Below, in pieces: positions 7,891-16,394 of a stretch of DNA of 24,632 nucleotides; the stretch's first letter is position 1; every line of letters starts with the position of its first letter. Made by a program: the position numbers and the translations under genes. Source of the stretch: Oscillatoria sp. FACHB-1406 (GTDB lineage Bacteria > Cyanobacteriota > Cyanobacteriia > Cyanobacteriales > Spirulinaceae); assembly GCF_014698145.1 (NCBI RefSeq), contig NZ_JACJSM010000001.1, positions 1 through 24,632 on the forward strand. Reading direction: 5' to 3'. Below the pieces are notes generated by a model, which saw nothing but the letters and a program-made list of their open reading frames with translations, was not told the DNA's origin and made no database searches.

Positions 7891-8619
7891 ATGATAGACT
7901 CCAATACACAATCGATTCGAGAAACGGCATCGGATGAGATAGCGGCTCTGCGCCAGCAACTCTTCTGCGAGCCAGAAAAAAAACAACTGACCTTGCTTGA
8001 TAAACTCGCCAGTTTCGGGGATGAAGGACTGAGCGCGATCGCAGAATTTTTGCAAGCGAGCGATCGCAACTCCCCCACCCCCGCCCTTGGCAAAGCCGAA
8101 CTCTTGCTGCTCGCTGCCGATACGCCGCAAACCCGAACCTTTTTAGAAACCCATTTTCCCGATGGGATTGTCCCCCTTCACTCCGAGCAAAACATCGATT
8201 GCAGTCCGATAGCGCGCGCTCTGCGCGAACAAGACTTCCTGAACGCCGACCGCCTCACCCTCGAAAAACTCTGCGAACTCGTCGGTCCAAGTGCCATCCA
8301 GCGCAAATGGCTGTTCTTCTCCGAAGTCGAGAAAATTCCGATCGCCGACCTACGCGCGATCGATAGCTTGTGGCGCGTATATTCCGAAGGAAAATTCGGC
8401 TATTCCGTCCAGCGCGAAATCTGGTTGGCGCAAGGGAAAGATTTCGGCAAGCTCTGGTCTAAAATTGGCTGGAAAACCGACAAAAACTGGACGCGCTACC
8501 CTAACGAATTTATTTGGAATGTCAGCGCGCCGCGAGGTCATTTACCCCTCTCAAACCAACTGCGCGGCGTTCGGGTTATTGCTAAGTTGTTTGACCATCC
8601 TGCCTGGTCGGTAGATTGA
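7891..8619 (+). CDS. GUN4-domain protein (Ycf53-like, Mg-chelatase regulator family). ATG at 7891 is preferred over the GTG at 7873.
   Basis: GUN4 core motifs: DLRAIDSLWRVYSEGKFGYSVQREIW and RGHLP. Confidence 0.75.
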   Translation: MIDSNTQSIRETASDEIAALRQQLFCEPEKKQLTLLDKLASFGDEGLSAIAEFLQASDRNSPTPALGKAELLLLAADTPQTRTFLETHFPDGIVPLHSEQNIDCSPIARALREQDFLNADRLTLEKLCELVGPSAIQRKWLFFSEVEKIPIADLRAIDSLWRVYSEGKFGYSVQREIWLAQGKDFGKLWSKIGWKTDKNWTRYPNEFIWNVSAPRGHLPLSNQLRGVRVIAKLFDHPAWSVD

Positions 8620-8881
8620 CGGATTTAGATCGTACAATAGTTACTAGGAATTGCGAGATTTTCTTGAAAATGTTAGGTGGATTCACACTCCAATCCCCGA
8701 AGAGAATACTAAGTTTTTTGACTTTTTTCGATTTCCGGCTCAAATTTTACGTTTTGAAAGATGAATTCTAAGAGAACCTAGGGAACGCTAGGAATGGCAA
8801 AGCAATCATGTTTACGATCGCAAATGGGATGGAAAGCGAACATTGTCAAGCAACAAAACAATTCGGAAGGTAGGGGAAATT

Positions 8882-10417
8882 ATGGTCAATCCGAATAATA
8901 GAATTTTTTGTCGTTTAGATGGTTTGACCCCAATCGTTCGAGAACAGCGCCGCTTAGAGACGCTCGAGCGCTTGGGCTTGCTGGATGGCGAAGCTGTTCC
9001 CGTATTTGACGAGGCAACCCAAACCATCGCTCGAACCCTCGAAGTTCCCATCGGGATTTTAGAGTTAATGGTTCAAGATAAACTCTGGCTAAAATCGGCA
9101 GTTGGACTCTCGAATATCGGCTTGATGAATCAATTAGCCACGTCTCGCAATATTCCTCGCAACGAAGCCTTTTCCACCTATGCGATCGATAGCGAACATT
9201 ATCTCGCGATCGAAGATGCGTCCGCCGATCCCGTATTTTCCAGCAGTACCCTCTTTCAACACTACGGAATTCGGGCTTACCTTGGCGTTCCCCTCATGAC
9301 CTCCGACGGTCAGTGCATCGGCGCGCTCGGCGTGATGTCCCTAGCGCCGCGAACCTTTAGCACGATGGATATCGACTTTCTCCTGCTTGCTGCTCGCTGG
9401 TGCTTGAGCGAGTTTGAACGCAACCGTTTCTTGCAGCAGCAACACTCCGATAGAACCCGCGATGAACGCGCGTATGTCGAGACGATAGCCGAATCGCCCT
9501 TCGTCAGTCAGTACCCGAGCGATTTCAAAGCAATGGTGATGGAGAAGGAGCAGGACTTTTCGGAGGGAGCGGAAGCGATTAACGCAGCCGACTCACTCAA
9601 AGTCAAACTGTTAACCAAGCTCACAGAAGAATTGCGCACGCCTTTAACTTCAGTGATGGGAATGGCGCGGATTTTAGAACGAGAAGTTTACGGAGCGCTC
9701 ACCCCAAAACAAAAAGAGTATATCGAAATTATTCACAACAGCGGTCAGCATCTCCTCGCCCTTGTCGAAGAAATTATTAGCTTGGGGGTATTTTCGCCCG
9801 AAAATGCAAACTTGCAACTCGCGCCGGTCGATATCGAAATGCTCTGCCAACAAGCCATTAACAATCTGCATCAGATTGCCCGACAAGAGCGACAGCGATT
9901 GCGCTTGTCCGTCGAACCCGGACCGCGCATTTGGTTACTCGATAAGGAAAAAGTTCGTCAGGCGCTTTACTATCTAGTCCGCACCGTGATTCAATCGGCA
10001 GAATCAGGGAGCGAAGTTCGCATTCACGTCTCCCGGAAAGACTACCTTCTTAACCTTGCGGTTTGGGTGTCGCATCCTTGGCTGGGCGATGGGCTGCCGC
10101 AAGTGGAAATTTACTCTCAACCGCTGAATTTAGAAATTACACCGAGTTGGGAGACGGCGGTAGCACTCACGGAACCGGAGACGGAGGAGTTACCTTCCAA
10201 CCAACAAATTCTCGCCAATCCATCGCTCTCCCCCCTCGAAAAAGTCGAACAACTGCAACAAAAGTCCCCAGAAGAGAATTACCGAGATATTTTGGGCCTC
10301 GTGTTAAGCTGTCATCTGGCTGAGTTGCATGGCGGTAGTATTACGATTCAAGGTTCTCTTCAATCGGGCTATCGATACGTTTTTAAGTTGCCGACAGTGG
10401 AGACTCACGAAAGTTAA
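8882..10417 (+). CDS. GAF-domain histidine-kinase-like protein. The phospho-accepting His is replaced by Glu and the ATP-binding domain is degenerate, so it is predicted to be a pseudokinase. ATG at 8882, preceded by AGGTAGGGGA, is preferred over the listed TTG at 8843.
   Basis: N-terminal GAF (RLETLERLGLLDG ... FSTYAIDSEHYLAIEDASADPVFSSS ... AYLGVPL ... GQCIGALGVMSLAPR). H-box reads LTEELRTPLTSVMG, encoded by gaa gaa where cac/cat is expected. The X-region is conserved. The C-terminal domain lacks the N-box Asn and the G1 DxGxG, with only a remnant of G2 (ILGLVL ... LHGGSI). Confidence 0.75.
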   Translation: MVNPNNRIFCRLDGLTPIVREQRRLETLERLGLLDGEAVPVFDEATQTIARTLEVPIGILELMVQDKLWLKSAVGLSNIGLMNQLATSRNIPRNEAFSTYAIDSEHYLAIEDASADPVFSSSTLFQHYGIRAYLGVPLMTSDGQCIGALGVMSLAPRTFSTMDIDFLLLAARWCLSEFERNRFLQQQHSDRTRDERAYVETIAESPFVSQYPSDFKAMVMEKEQDFSEGAEAINAADSLKVKLLTKLTEELRTPLTSVMGMARILEREVYGALTPKQKEYIEIIHNSGQHLLALVEEIISLGVFSPENANLQLAPVDIEMLCQQAINNLHQIARQERQRLRLSVEPGPRIWLLDKEKVRQALYYLVRTVIQSAESGSEVRIHVSRKDYLLNLAVWVSHPWLGDGLPQVEIYSQPLNLEITPSWETAVALTEPETEELPSNQQILANPSLSPLEKVEQLQQKSPEENYRDILGLVLSCHLAELHGGSITIQGSLQSGYRYVFKLPTVETHES

Positions 10418-10429
10418 ACTGGAGGTCCG

Positions 10430-10466
10430 TAGCAACTTTTCCCTACTGAAGAGGGAAAGTTTGCTA
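10430..10466 (+). terminator. Imperfect 15-bp stem-loop (TAGCAACTTTTCCCT-actgaag-AGGGAAAGTTTGCTA) 13 nt after the stop at 10417. No U-tract follows.
   Basis: Inverted repeat read directly, with 2 mismatches in 15 bp. Confidence 0.3.
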
Positions 10467-10495
10467 ACTCCCTGAACTTAGATAAGTACACTGAC

Positions 10496-11119
10496 ATGGC
10501 AAAACTTTCAGTTGAATTAAACCGCTATTTTTTTGAAGAAGAGCGCCTGCCTCAAGTCAAGTTAGGCGATATCTTAGCGCTAGCTGGGGAACGAATTTTT
10601 GGCTTTTTGTTTGTCGTGTTAGCTTTGCCGTCGGCACTACCCTTGCCCGCCGCAGGTTATTCAACGCCTTTCGGGATTGTGATGTTGTTGCTGGCTTTGC
10701 AATTGATTGTGGGCGCTCGTCGCCCCTGGCTGCCCCAACGCATTTACAATAGTTCGATTAAGCTCGAAAATGCCCAGAAGTTTGTGAAGGCAGGGATTCC
10801 CTGGTTTCGACGGATTGAAGCGATTACGAAACCGAGATTGTCTTGGATTTGTACGAGCTTGCCCGGTCGGGTTATTTTAGGGTGCGCGATCGCATTAATG
10901 GCAATTTTTATGATTATTCCCATCCCCGGAACGAATACCCTACCGGCGATGGTGATTTTTGTTATTGGTTTCGGTTTGGTGGAGGACGATGGAATTATTA
11001 GTATTGGGGGCTTAGTTCTGGGGGTTGTAATTGCGGTGTTAACGACTTCGGTTATTGCTGCCTTTGTTTGGGGGGGGACGAGCCTGTTGGATTCTTTAAA
11101 AACCTGGCTCAAAGGCTAG
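10496..11119 (+). CDS. ExoD-family (exopolysaccharide synthesis) membrane protein.
   Basis: LGDILALAGERIFGFLFVVLALPSALPLPAAGYSTPFGIVMLLLALQLIVGARRPWLP ... ITKPRL matches the ExoD-family pattern as I recall it. Confidence 0.7.
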   Translation: MAKLSVELNRYFFEEERLPQVKLGDILALAGERIFGFLFVVLALPSALPLPAAGYSTPFGIVMLLLALQLIVGARRPWLPQRIYNSSIKLENAQKFVKAGIPWFRRIEAITKPRLSWICTSLPGRVILGCAIALMAIFMIIPIPGTNTLPAMVIFVIGFGLVEDDGIISIGGLVLGVVIAVLTTSVIAAFVWGGTSLLDSLKTWLKG

Positions 11120-11259
11120 AAAGGCTATTGCAAAATCTGAAATTTACGCTTTAAGTAAAATTCTTGAGAGTTTGACCTTGACAATGTGGAATTGTAGAGG
11201 GTGAGTTTAAAAGCAGCGGTACGAGTATCGCTGCACCTCGTAATTCTGTTTTATGAGCA

Positions 11260-12399
11260 ATGAAAGACGAGCTTGTCACTCTATCTGACCTCTCAGCGTT
11301 CAATTTGCTGCGATCGCCGGTTTGGGTTTTTGATATTTATGAGATGAAGGCGTGGTGGGCGAATACCGCCGCCATCCGGTTGTGGGATGCGCCTAACCTA
11401 GAGGCTTTTCTCTCGCGCAACTTTAACGATGCTTCTCAAACAACACGCACCCGCTTGCAGGGATATTTAGAATGCTTTGCTCGCGGCGAAACAGTTGTGG
11501 ATCAATGGACGTTCTATCCTAACGGTCAACCCACCTCCGTACAGTCTACTTTTTCGGGAATTCGCATTGCTGAAAAGAATGGCAGAATAGCGATGCTTGT
11601 CGAAGCAACCTACTCTTCCCCCCATGTTAATTCGGATTTGTTGCGATCGGTGGAGGTGCTGCGCCATACGCCTTTATTGGTTTCCCTCTGGACGCTAGAG
11701 GGAGATGCAATCTTGCAAAATCCGGCGGCGATGGAATGCTACGGAGAACTCAGTCCGCAACTCTCAAAACGATTCGCCGATCGCGCCCTCATCCAGCTTA
11801 TTCGCCAGCAAACCCAACAGCAGGGCGGTTTTTGTACGGAAACGGTTATGAGAACGCGGTACGGACTGCGCTGGCATCGGGTAGAGTTGAAGCAAACGAC
11901 CGATCCGGTTACAGGATCGTCCGTTATTTTAGTGAACGAAATTGACATTAGCGATCGCATCGCCGCAGAAATCGCCCTCGGCCGCGAGCGCAATAAGCTC
12001 GCTCGAGCGCAGCAAGTCGCCCACCTCGGCAGTTGGGAACTGAATTTATCAACCCTGGAAATGATTTTATCGCAAGAATCATTCCGCATTTTTGGCTTGC
12101 CGTGCGATCGCGCCGCGCCCCCTTACCGCGAATACCGACAACAAATTTATACCGAGGATTTATCCCTATGGGATAGTCGCTTGCAACAACTTATTCAAGG
12201 ACAAGAAACAGAAATTGAATTTCGCATTGTCCGTCCCAATGGCGAGATTCGATATCTTTTAGGGCGGGGAGAACCTATTTTTAATGGCGAAGGACAAGTT
12301 GAAAAACTCTTCGGAACCATTCTCGATATTACCGAACGGAAACAAACCGAAATTGCGCTCCAGCAGGCGAAAGAAATCGAAACTCATGAGAAGGATTAA
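11260..12399 (+). CDS. Multi-PAS/PAC sensor-domain protein with no output domain. It ends right after the coiled-coil linker, where a HisKA domain is normally found.
   Basis: Three PAS/PAC-like segments. The C-terminus ERKQTEIALQQAKEIETHEKD-stop is the usual PAS-to-HisKA linker. No HisKA is found in any frame downstream. Confidence 0.7.
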   Translation: MKDELVTLSDLSAFNLLRSPVWVFDIYEMKAWWANTAAIRLWDAPNLEAFLSRNFNDASQTTRTRLQGYLECFARGETVVDQWTFYPNGQPTSVQSTFSGIRIAEKNGRIAMLVEATYSSPHVNSDLLRSVEVLRHTPLLVSLWTLEGDAILQNPAAMECYGELSPQLSKRFADRALIQLIRQQTQQQGGFCTETVMRTRYGLRWHRVELKQTTDPVTGSSVILVNEIDISDRIAAEIALGRERNKLARAQQVAHLGSWELNLSTLEMILSQESFRIFGLPCDRAAPPYREYRQQIYTEDLSLWDSRLQQLIQGQETEIEFRIVRPNGEIRYLLGRGEPIFNGEGQVEKLFGTILDITERKQTEIALQQAKEIETHEKD

Positions 12400-12409
12400 T
12401 CAGCAGCTT

Positions 12410-12430
12410 GAGACTAATGACGCTAGTCTC
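12410..12430. terminator. Hairpin GAGACTA-atgacgc-TAGTCTC between convergent genes (PAS gene stop 12399, GGT stop 12449). A T-rich tract (TTATTTTATT) lies 11 nt downstream on the plus strand.
   Basis: A 7-bp inverted repeat read directly. It is a weak candidate bidirectional terminator. Confidence 0.3.
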
Positions 12431-12448
12431 AACGAGCAATTATTTTAT

Positions 12449-14011
12449 TCAGCAGACCCCCGCTACAGCCCCTTCGCGCCTCGGATCTCCCGCACCTGTA
12501 ACCCATCCGCCTTCCGCTTTTCCAACCGCATGAACGCCACCAAAAAACATATTTTGAGCCTTCCACAATAAGACTTCTGTTTCATTAGGTAACTGCAATT
12601 TAGCAACTCGTTCGGACGGAAAAGGCGGCTCGATATTCAGCAAGTTATTTTCCCAATGAACGCGAGAATTAGCGACAGCAACTTCGAGGGGCAGTTGAAA
12701 ATCGAGCAGATTGATAATAACTTGTAAAATTGCGGTTCTAATTCGGTTCGAGCCGCCGGAACCTAACACGAATAACGGATTTCCGTTCTGGAGAATTAGC
12801 GTTGGCGACATCATCGAAGACATTCTGCGATCGCACGGCCATTGATGAAATCCTGATGGGTTTAAATCTTCCTCCCCGAGCATATTATTCACCATAATAT
12901 CCGTACCGGGAATGATATAAGCGGAGCCTTCACCGTTGGAAGTGGTAATACTAGCGGCATTTCCTTGATCGTCAATTGTACTGATATGGGTGGTGCTTCC
13001 CCAACGATTGACTCCTTCTGTAAGTTGTTGTTGGTAAAGGGCTAAATGTTCGGGAGAGAGAAACTTCTCGGCAACATCTTCATCGTACAAATTGGCATTA
13101 TAACCATCTTTGCGAGCAACATTGGTTAATTGCATTGCTCGCGCGAGTAGTTCGATATATTGAGGACTACCCAACGCTAACGAACCGACTTCGATGGTTT
13201 CTAAAAGTTTGAGCGCAAAGGCAATTAAGGTTCCTCCCGAACTGGGCGGCGGATTGGTAATAATTTCATAATCGCGATAGCGAATCGTGAGGGGTTGGCG
13301 TTGGATGACGCGGTAGTTTTCTAAGTCTTCGCGGGTTAAATAGCCGCCGCGATCGCGACAATCTGTTACTAATTTTCGAGCAATTTCACCGCGATAAAAT
13401 TCATCAACCCCCTTACAACTTATCTCCCGTAAAGTTGCCGCAAAATTTTTCATATAAAACCGATCTCCAGCTTTTACCAAGCATCCTGAAGGCGCAAAAA
13501 GTTTTTGTCCGAGCGGCTCGGCAAGAAGGATAGGATAGAGGTATTGATTGATGCAAGTATCTTGGAAAGCACTTAGGGTAATGCCGCGCTCTGCATATTC
13601 AATTGCCGGTTCTGCGATCGCTTTGAAAGGTAAGCTACCGAGGTGTTGGTGAACGGCAAATAAACCGGCTAAGTTGCCGGGAGTTGCAATCGAACCAAGA
13701 CCGATATGAAAGCTTTGAATCGTATCGCCAAAATCAATATCAATGGGGTAAAAATTAACTTCGGAAAGCGGTCTTTTTTGACGCGGCGTTTGCGTGAAGA
13801 AATCAAATAAAATGTTGCGTTTTTTTGAGGTATGTGCTAATAAAAAACCACCCCCTCCGGCTGACGTGAGCGTGGGTTCGGTAACGAAGGCAGCGAGGGT
13901 TGCTGCAATGGCGGCATCGAAGGCATTTCCCCCTAATTCAAAGATAACTTTTCCGGCTTCTACGGTGAGAGCATTGCCCGCCGCGATCGCGCATTTGTGT
14001 TTTTCTCGCAC
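12449..14011 (-). CDS. ggt: Gamma-glutamyltransferase (GGT), with a GTG start.
   Basis: GGGGFLLAH. The catalytic-Thr region TTHISTIDDQGNAASITTSNG. The C-terminal block GAGDPRREGAVAGV. Confidence 0.85.
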   Translation of the reverse strand: MREKHKCAIAAGNALTVEAGKVIFELGGNAFDAAIAATLAAFVTEPTLTSAGGGGFLLAHTSKKRNILFDFFTQTPRQKRPLSEVNFYPIDIDFGDTIQSFHIGLGSIATPGNLAGLFAVHQHLGSLPFKAIAEPAIEYAERGITLSAFQDTCINQYLYPILLAEPLGQKLFAPSGCLVKAGDRFYMKNFAATLREISCKGVDEFYRGEIARKLVTDCRDRGGYLTREDLENYRVIQRQPLTIRYRDYEIITNPPPSSGGTLIAFALKLLETIEVGSLALGSPQYIELLARAMQLTNVARKDGYNANLYDEDVAEKFLSPEHLALYQQQLTEGVNRWGSTTHISTIDDQGNAASITTSNGEGSAYIIPGTDIMVNNMLGEEDLNPSGFHQWPCDRRMSSMMSPTLILQNGNPLFVLGSGGSNRIRTAILQVIINLLDFQLPLEVAVANSRVHWENNLLNIEPPFPSERVAKLQLPNETEVLLWKAQNMFFGGVHAVGKAEGGWVTGAGDPRREGAVAGVC

Positions 14012-14016
14012 GATCG

Positions 14017-14163
14017 TTAACTCACCGCAAATCCTGTATAGGGACGAACAAAAGGTTCTTGAAATCCTAAAACAATATCCTCTTTCGGAACGCCGAGTTT
14101 AACTAATTCATCTGCCATCTCAATTTCAGTTCCATCGTGCTGCACCCAAATCTTACCATTTTT
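14017..14163 (-). pseudogene. Remnant of an XisI-like gene, C-terminal ~47 codons only: KNGKIWVQHDGTEIEMADELVKLGVPKEDIVLGFQEPFVRPYTGFAVS-stop. It lies in the same frame directly after the permease TAG stop.
   Basis: My own translation of the minus strand. The motifs GKIWxQHDGTE ... ELVxxGVPKEDIVLGF ... P ... R ... TGFAV match the conserved C-terminus of XisI-family proteins as I remember it. The N-terminal ~65 codons are absent because the permease gene occupies that position. Confidence 0.45.
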
Positions 14164-15072
14164 CTACTTCTCTTCTTCTGCAATTCTTAAATAAAGAACA
14201 ATTGGTACGACAACCGCCGCCATCATAACGATAGAAAGAACGGAGCCAAAGGGCCAATTGCGCGATCGCAAAAATTGACTTTGAATTAAGCTCCCAATCA
14301 TCAGCGTTTTAGCGCCGCCGAGAATATCCGGCGTAATAAATGCGCCAACGGAAGGAATAAAAACCAGCAAAGAACCCGCCACAATTCCCCGTAATGTCAG
14401 CGGTAGAATGACACGAAAGAAGGTTCGCCAATCGTTTGCCCCTAAATCGTGTGCTGCCTCAATCAGAGAAAAATTGAAGCGTTCGATCGTTGAATAGAGT
14501 GGCAAAATCATAAACGGTAAGTAACCGTAAATCAAGCCAATAACAACAGCAAAGGGCGTGAATAACCTGAAGAACGGATGGTCGAGAATGCCCAAACTTT
14601 GCAGCCCGATATTCAAAACACCTTCGGTTCGCAACAACACCATCCAAGCATAGGTTCGGACTAAAAAATTTGTCCAAAATGGAATAATAATTAGGAGCAA
14701 TAAGGCATTGCGCCAGCGAGGAGTGCGAGTCGCAATAAAAAATGCAATGGGATAGCCAATTAACAAGCAAACAACGGTCGTTAAAAATGCCCAAAGAACC
14801 GAGCGCCAAAGCACAGTCCAATAAACTGTTTCTTTCAGGCGCAGATAATTATCGAGGGTGAATTTCCAGACAACACCCCCATAAACGCCGCGTTCGAGAA
14901 AGCTGTAGAGTAAAATCACTCCCAATGGCGCAATAAAAAAGATTAATAACCACGCCGTACCGGGAAATAAAAGTAGGGAGAGGTAAGCGCGTTTGCGAGT
15001 TTCTAGGGCAGAAGGAGAACTTTTTCGCTCGGGAGGAAGAACGGTCATGTTCGGGAACCTTAGTGATGGCAA
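14164..15072 (-). CDS. ABC transporter permease, polyamine/opine PotB/PotC type. It is an orphan: no ATPase or binding-protein gene is adjacent.
   Basis: Six TM segments and the EAA loop IEAAHDLGANDWRTFFRVILP. Confidence 0.8.
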   Translation of the reverse strand: MPSLRFPNMTVLPPERKSSPSALETRKRAYLSLLLFPGTAWLLIFFIAPLGVILLYSFLERGVYGGVVWKFTLDNYLRLKETVYWTVLWRSVLWAFLTTVVCLLIGYPIAFFIATRTPRWRNALLLLIIIPFWTNFLVRTYAWMVLLRTEGVLNIGLQSLGILDHPFFRLFTPFAVVIGLIYGYLPFMILPLYSTIERFNFSLIEAAHDLGANDWRTFFRVILPLTLRGIVAGSLLVFIPSVGAFITPDILGGAKTLMIGSLIQSQFLRSRNWPFGSVLSIVMMAAVVVPIVLYLRIAEEEK

Positions 15073-15294
15073 AAACGGGTTGAAGCTGAGGTCGGATGTC
15101 TCAATGCTGTTGATTGTATCCTCAAATTGACCCGTTCGTCGCGCTTGAGAGGAGATGCGCGGTAGGTTGCGTACCCCTTAATAAGCACAATTGAAACTCA
15201 ATAGTCTGGAAAAATTTATTAAAAATTGAACGGTTGCGGTAAGATTCAGAGATTGAGGCTGGGGTTCTAGCTGTTTTTAGGATATGTTTGAGTA

Positions 15295-15621
15295 ATGAGT
15301 ACATTCCGGCTAACAACTGTAGTGGCGATGGCTGCTAGTCCCACGGTAACGCCAGACCGAACGAGTCAGGTGGTTAGCAAGCCGTATCCAAACTACAAAG
15401 TCATCGTTCTCAATGACGACTTCAATACTTTTGAGCACGTGGCTAATTGTTTAATGAAGTATATTCCAGGAATGACGAGCGATCGCGCCTGGAATCTCAC
15501 CAATCAGGTACACTATGAAGGTCAAGCGATTGTTTGGGTCGGTCCCCAAGAAATGGCGGAACTCTATCACCAACAGTTGAGTCGCGAAGGGTTAACGATG
15601 GCTCCCTTAGAAGCCGCTTGA
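15295..15621 (+). CDS. clpS: ATP-dependent Clp protease adaptor ClpS.
   Basis: YKVIVLNDDFNTFEHVANCLMKYIPGMTSDRAWNLTNQVHYEGQAIVWVGPQEMAELY. Confidence 0.8.
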   Translation: MSTFRLTTVVAMAASPTVTPDRTSQVVSKPYPNYKVIVLNDDFNTFEHVANCLMKYIPGMTSDRAWNLTNQVHYEGQAIVWVGPQEMAELYHQQLSREGLTMAPLEAA

Positions 15622-15680
15622 GTCAAGTTTTTGGGGTTACTATAGGTTAGATTTATCTTTGCTGAATAGCTTAACAACTG

Positions 15681-15971
15681 ATGAGCCGTGCCAATGAAGG
15701 ACGATTAGTTTGGAATCATTCAACGCACATTCCCGGGTTAATCCCAATTTTGGAGCGACTGATTACTTACGATGGCATCGGGACGGTTACGCCGGGAGTG
15801 ATTTCTCGCGCGAAAGGTCACTCTCCGGCAATGAAATTGCGCGTTTCCGTGCCAATTCGCGGCGGTTTTAAATTAATTGCCCGTCAGGGAAAAACAGTTC
15901 AGGAAGTGTTTGTTTTGACGGAATTGAGTCAACAAGATTTAGAAGGCACGATCGCGGACATTTTAAAGTAG
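15681..15971 (+). CDS. Hypothetical conserved protein, 96 aa.
   Basis: A clean ORF in a gene-sized gap, with a coding-like composition. No family is confidently recognised. Confidence 0.45.
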   Translation: MSRANEGRLVWNHSTHIPGLIPILERLITYDGIGTVTPGVISRAKGHSPAMKLRVSVPIRGGFKLIARQGKTVQEVFVLTELSQQDLEGTIADILK

Positions 15972-16070
15972 CTTAAAATTCTTTGTCTAAAGATTATAGA
16001 TTTCTTGATTCTGGTTGGGCAAAGTAAGAAGAGAGTAACTCTAACGCCCGAAAGTTAGGAAGGCATCACC

Positions 16071-16274
16071 ATGTTATCGACCCCCTTAGAAACCCAAATT
16101 GACTTAGATTGTATTGTCGAACGAATTTTTGCGTTCCGCCAAATTACTCGCCTCGACCAGCGCCTGCTGATGTCGGTTATGTTATCGAAAACCGAAATTA
16201 CACCGGAAGAACATATGCAAATCGACCGAATTTTTGAGGGGGTAAAATCCGGTCGGTTGCAAGTTGTCGATTGA
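16071..16274 (+). CDS. Hypothetical small protein, 67 aa.
   Basis: ATG preceded by AGGAAGG at -8. It fills the gap before the urt operon terminator region. Confidence 0.45.
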   Translation: MLSTPLETQIDLDCIVERIFAFRQITRLDQRLLMSVMLSKTEITPEEHMQIDRIFEGVKSGRLQVVD

Positions 16275-16394
16275 TGTTAACGAATAACTCAGTAAAAAAC
16301 CGGATGACTTAACAAAATATTCCTGCTAGTAACCCAGTCTCTTGTAGGCAGGATTCGGTTTCCTAGTCATTGAACTTTGCTTTTTCTACTTTTT

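Noticed and set aside
8620-8842. Possible NtcA box GTACAATAGTTAC upstream of the GAF pseudokinase
   Set aside because: The downstream triplet is ACT, not TAC, at the N8 spacing, so it does not fit GTA-N8-TAC.
12284-12571. Plus-strand 95-aa ORF bridging the PAS gene end and the GGT gene end
   Set aside because: It overlaps two well-supported genes, is very basic and low-complexity, and is not a HisKA continuation of the PAS protein.
14017-14163. TAG read-through extending the permease by 47 residues
   Set aside because: The extension matches the C-terminus of an unrelated soluble protein family (XisI-like), not a permease tail. The shared frame is most likely coincidental.
16275-16394. Rho-independent terminator after urtE
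   Set aside because: There are only imperfect inverted repeats (ATCCTGCCTA / TAGCAGGAAT with an indel) and a T6 run without an adjacent stable stem. This is too weak to call.
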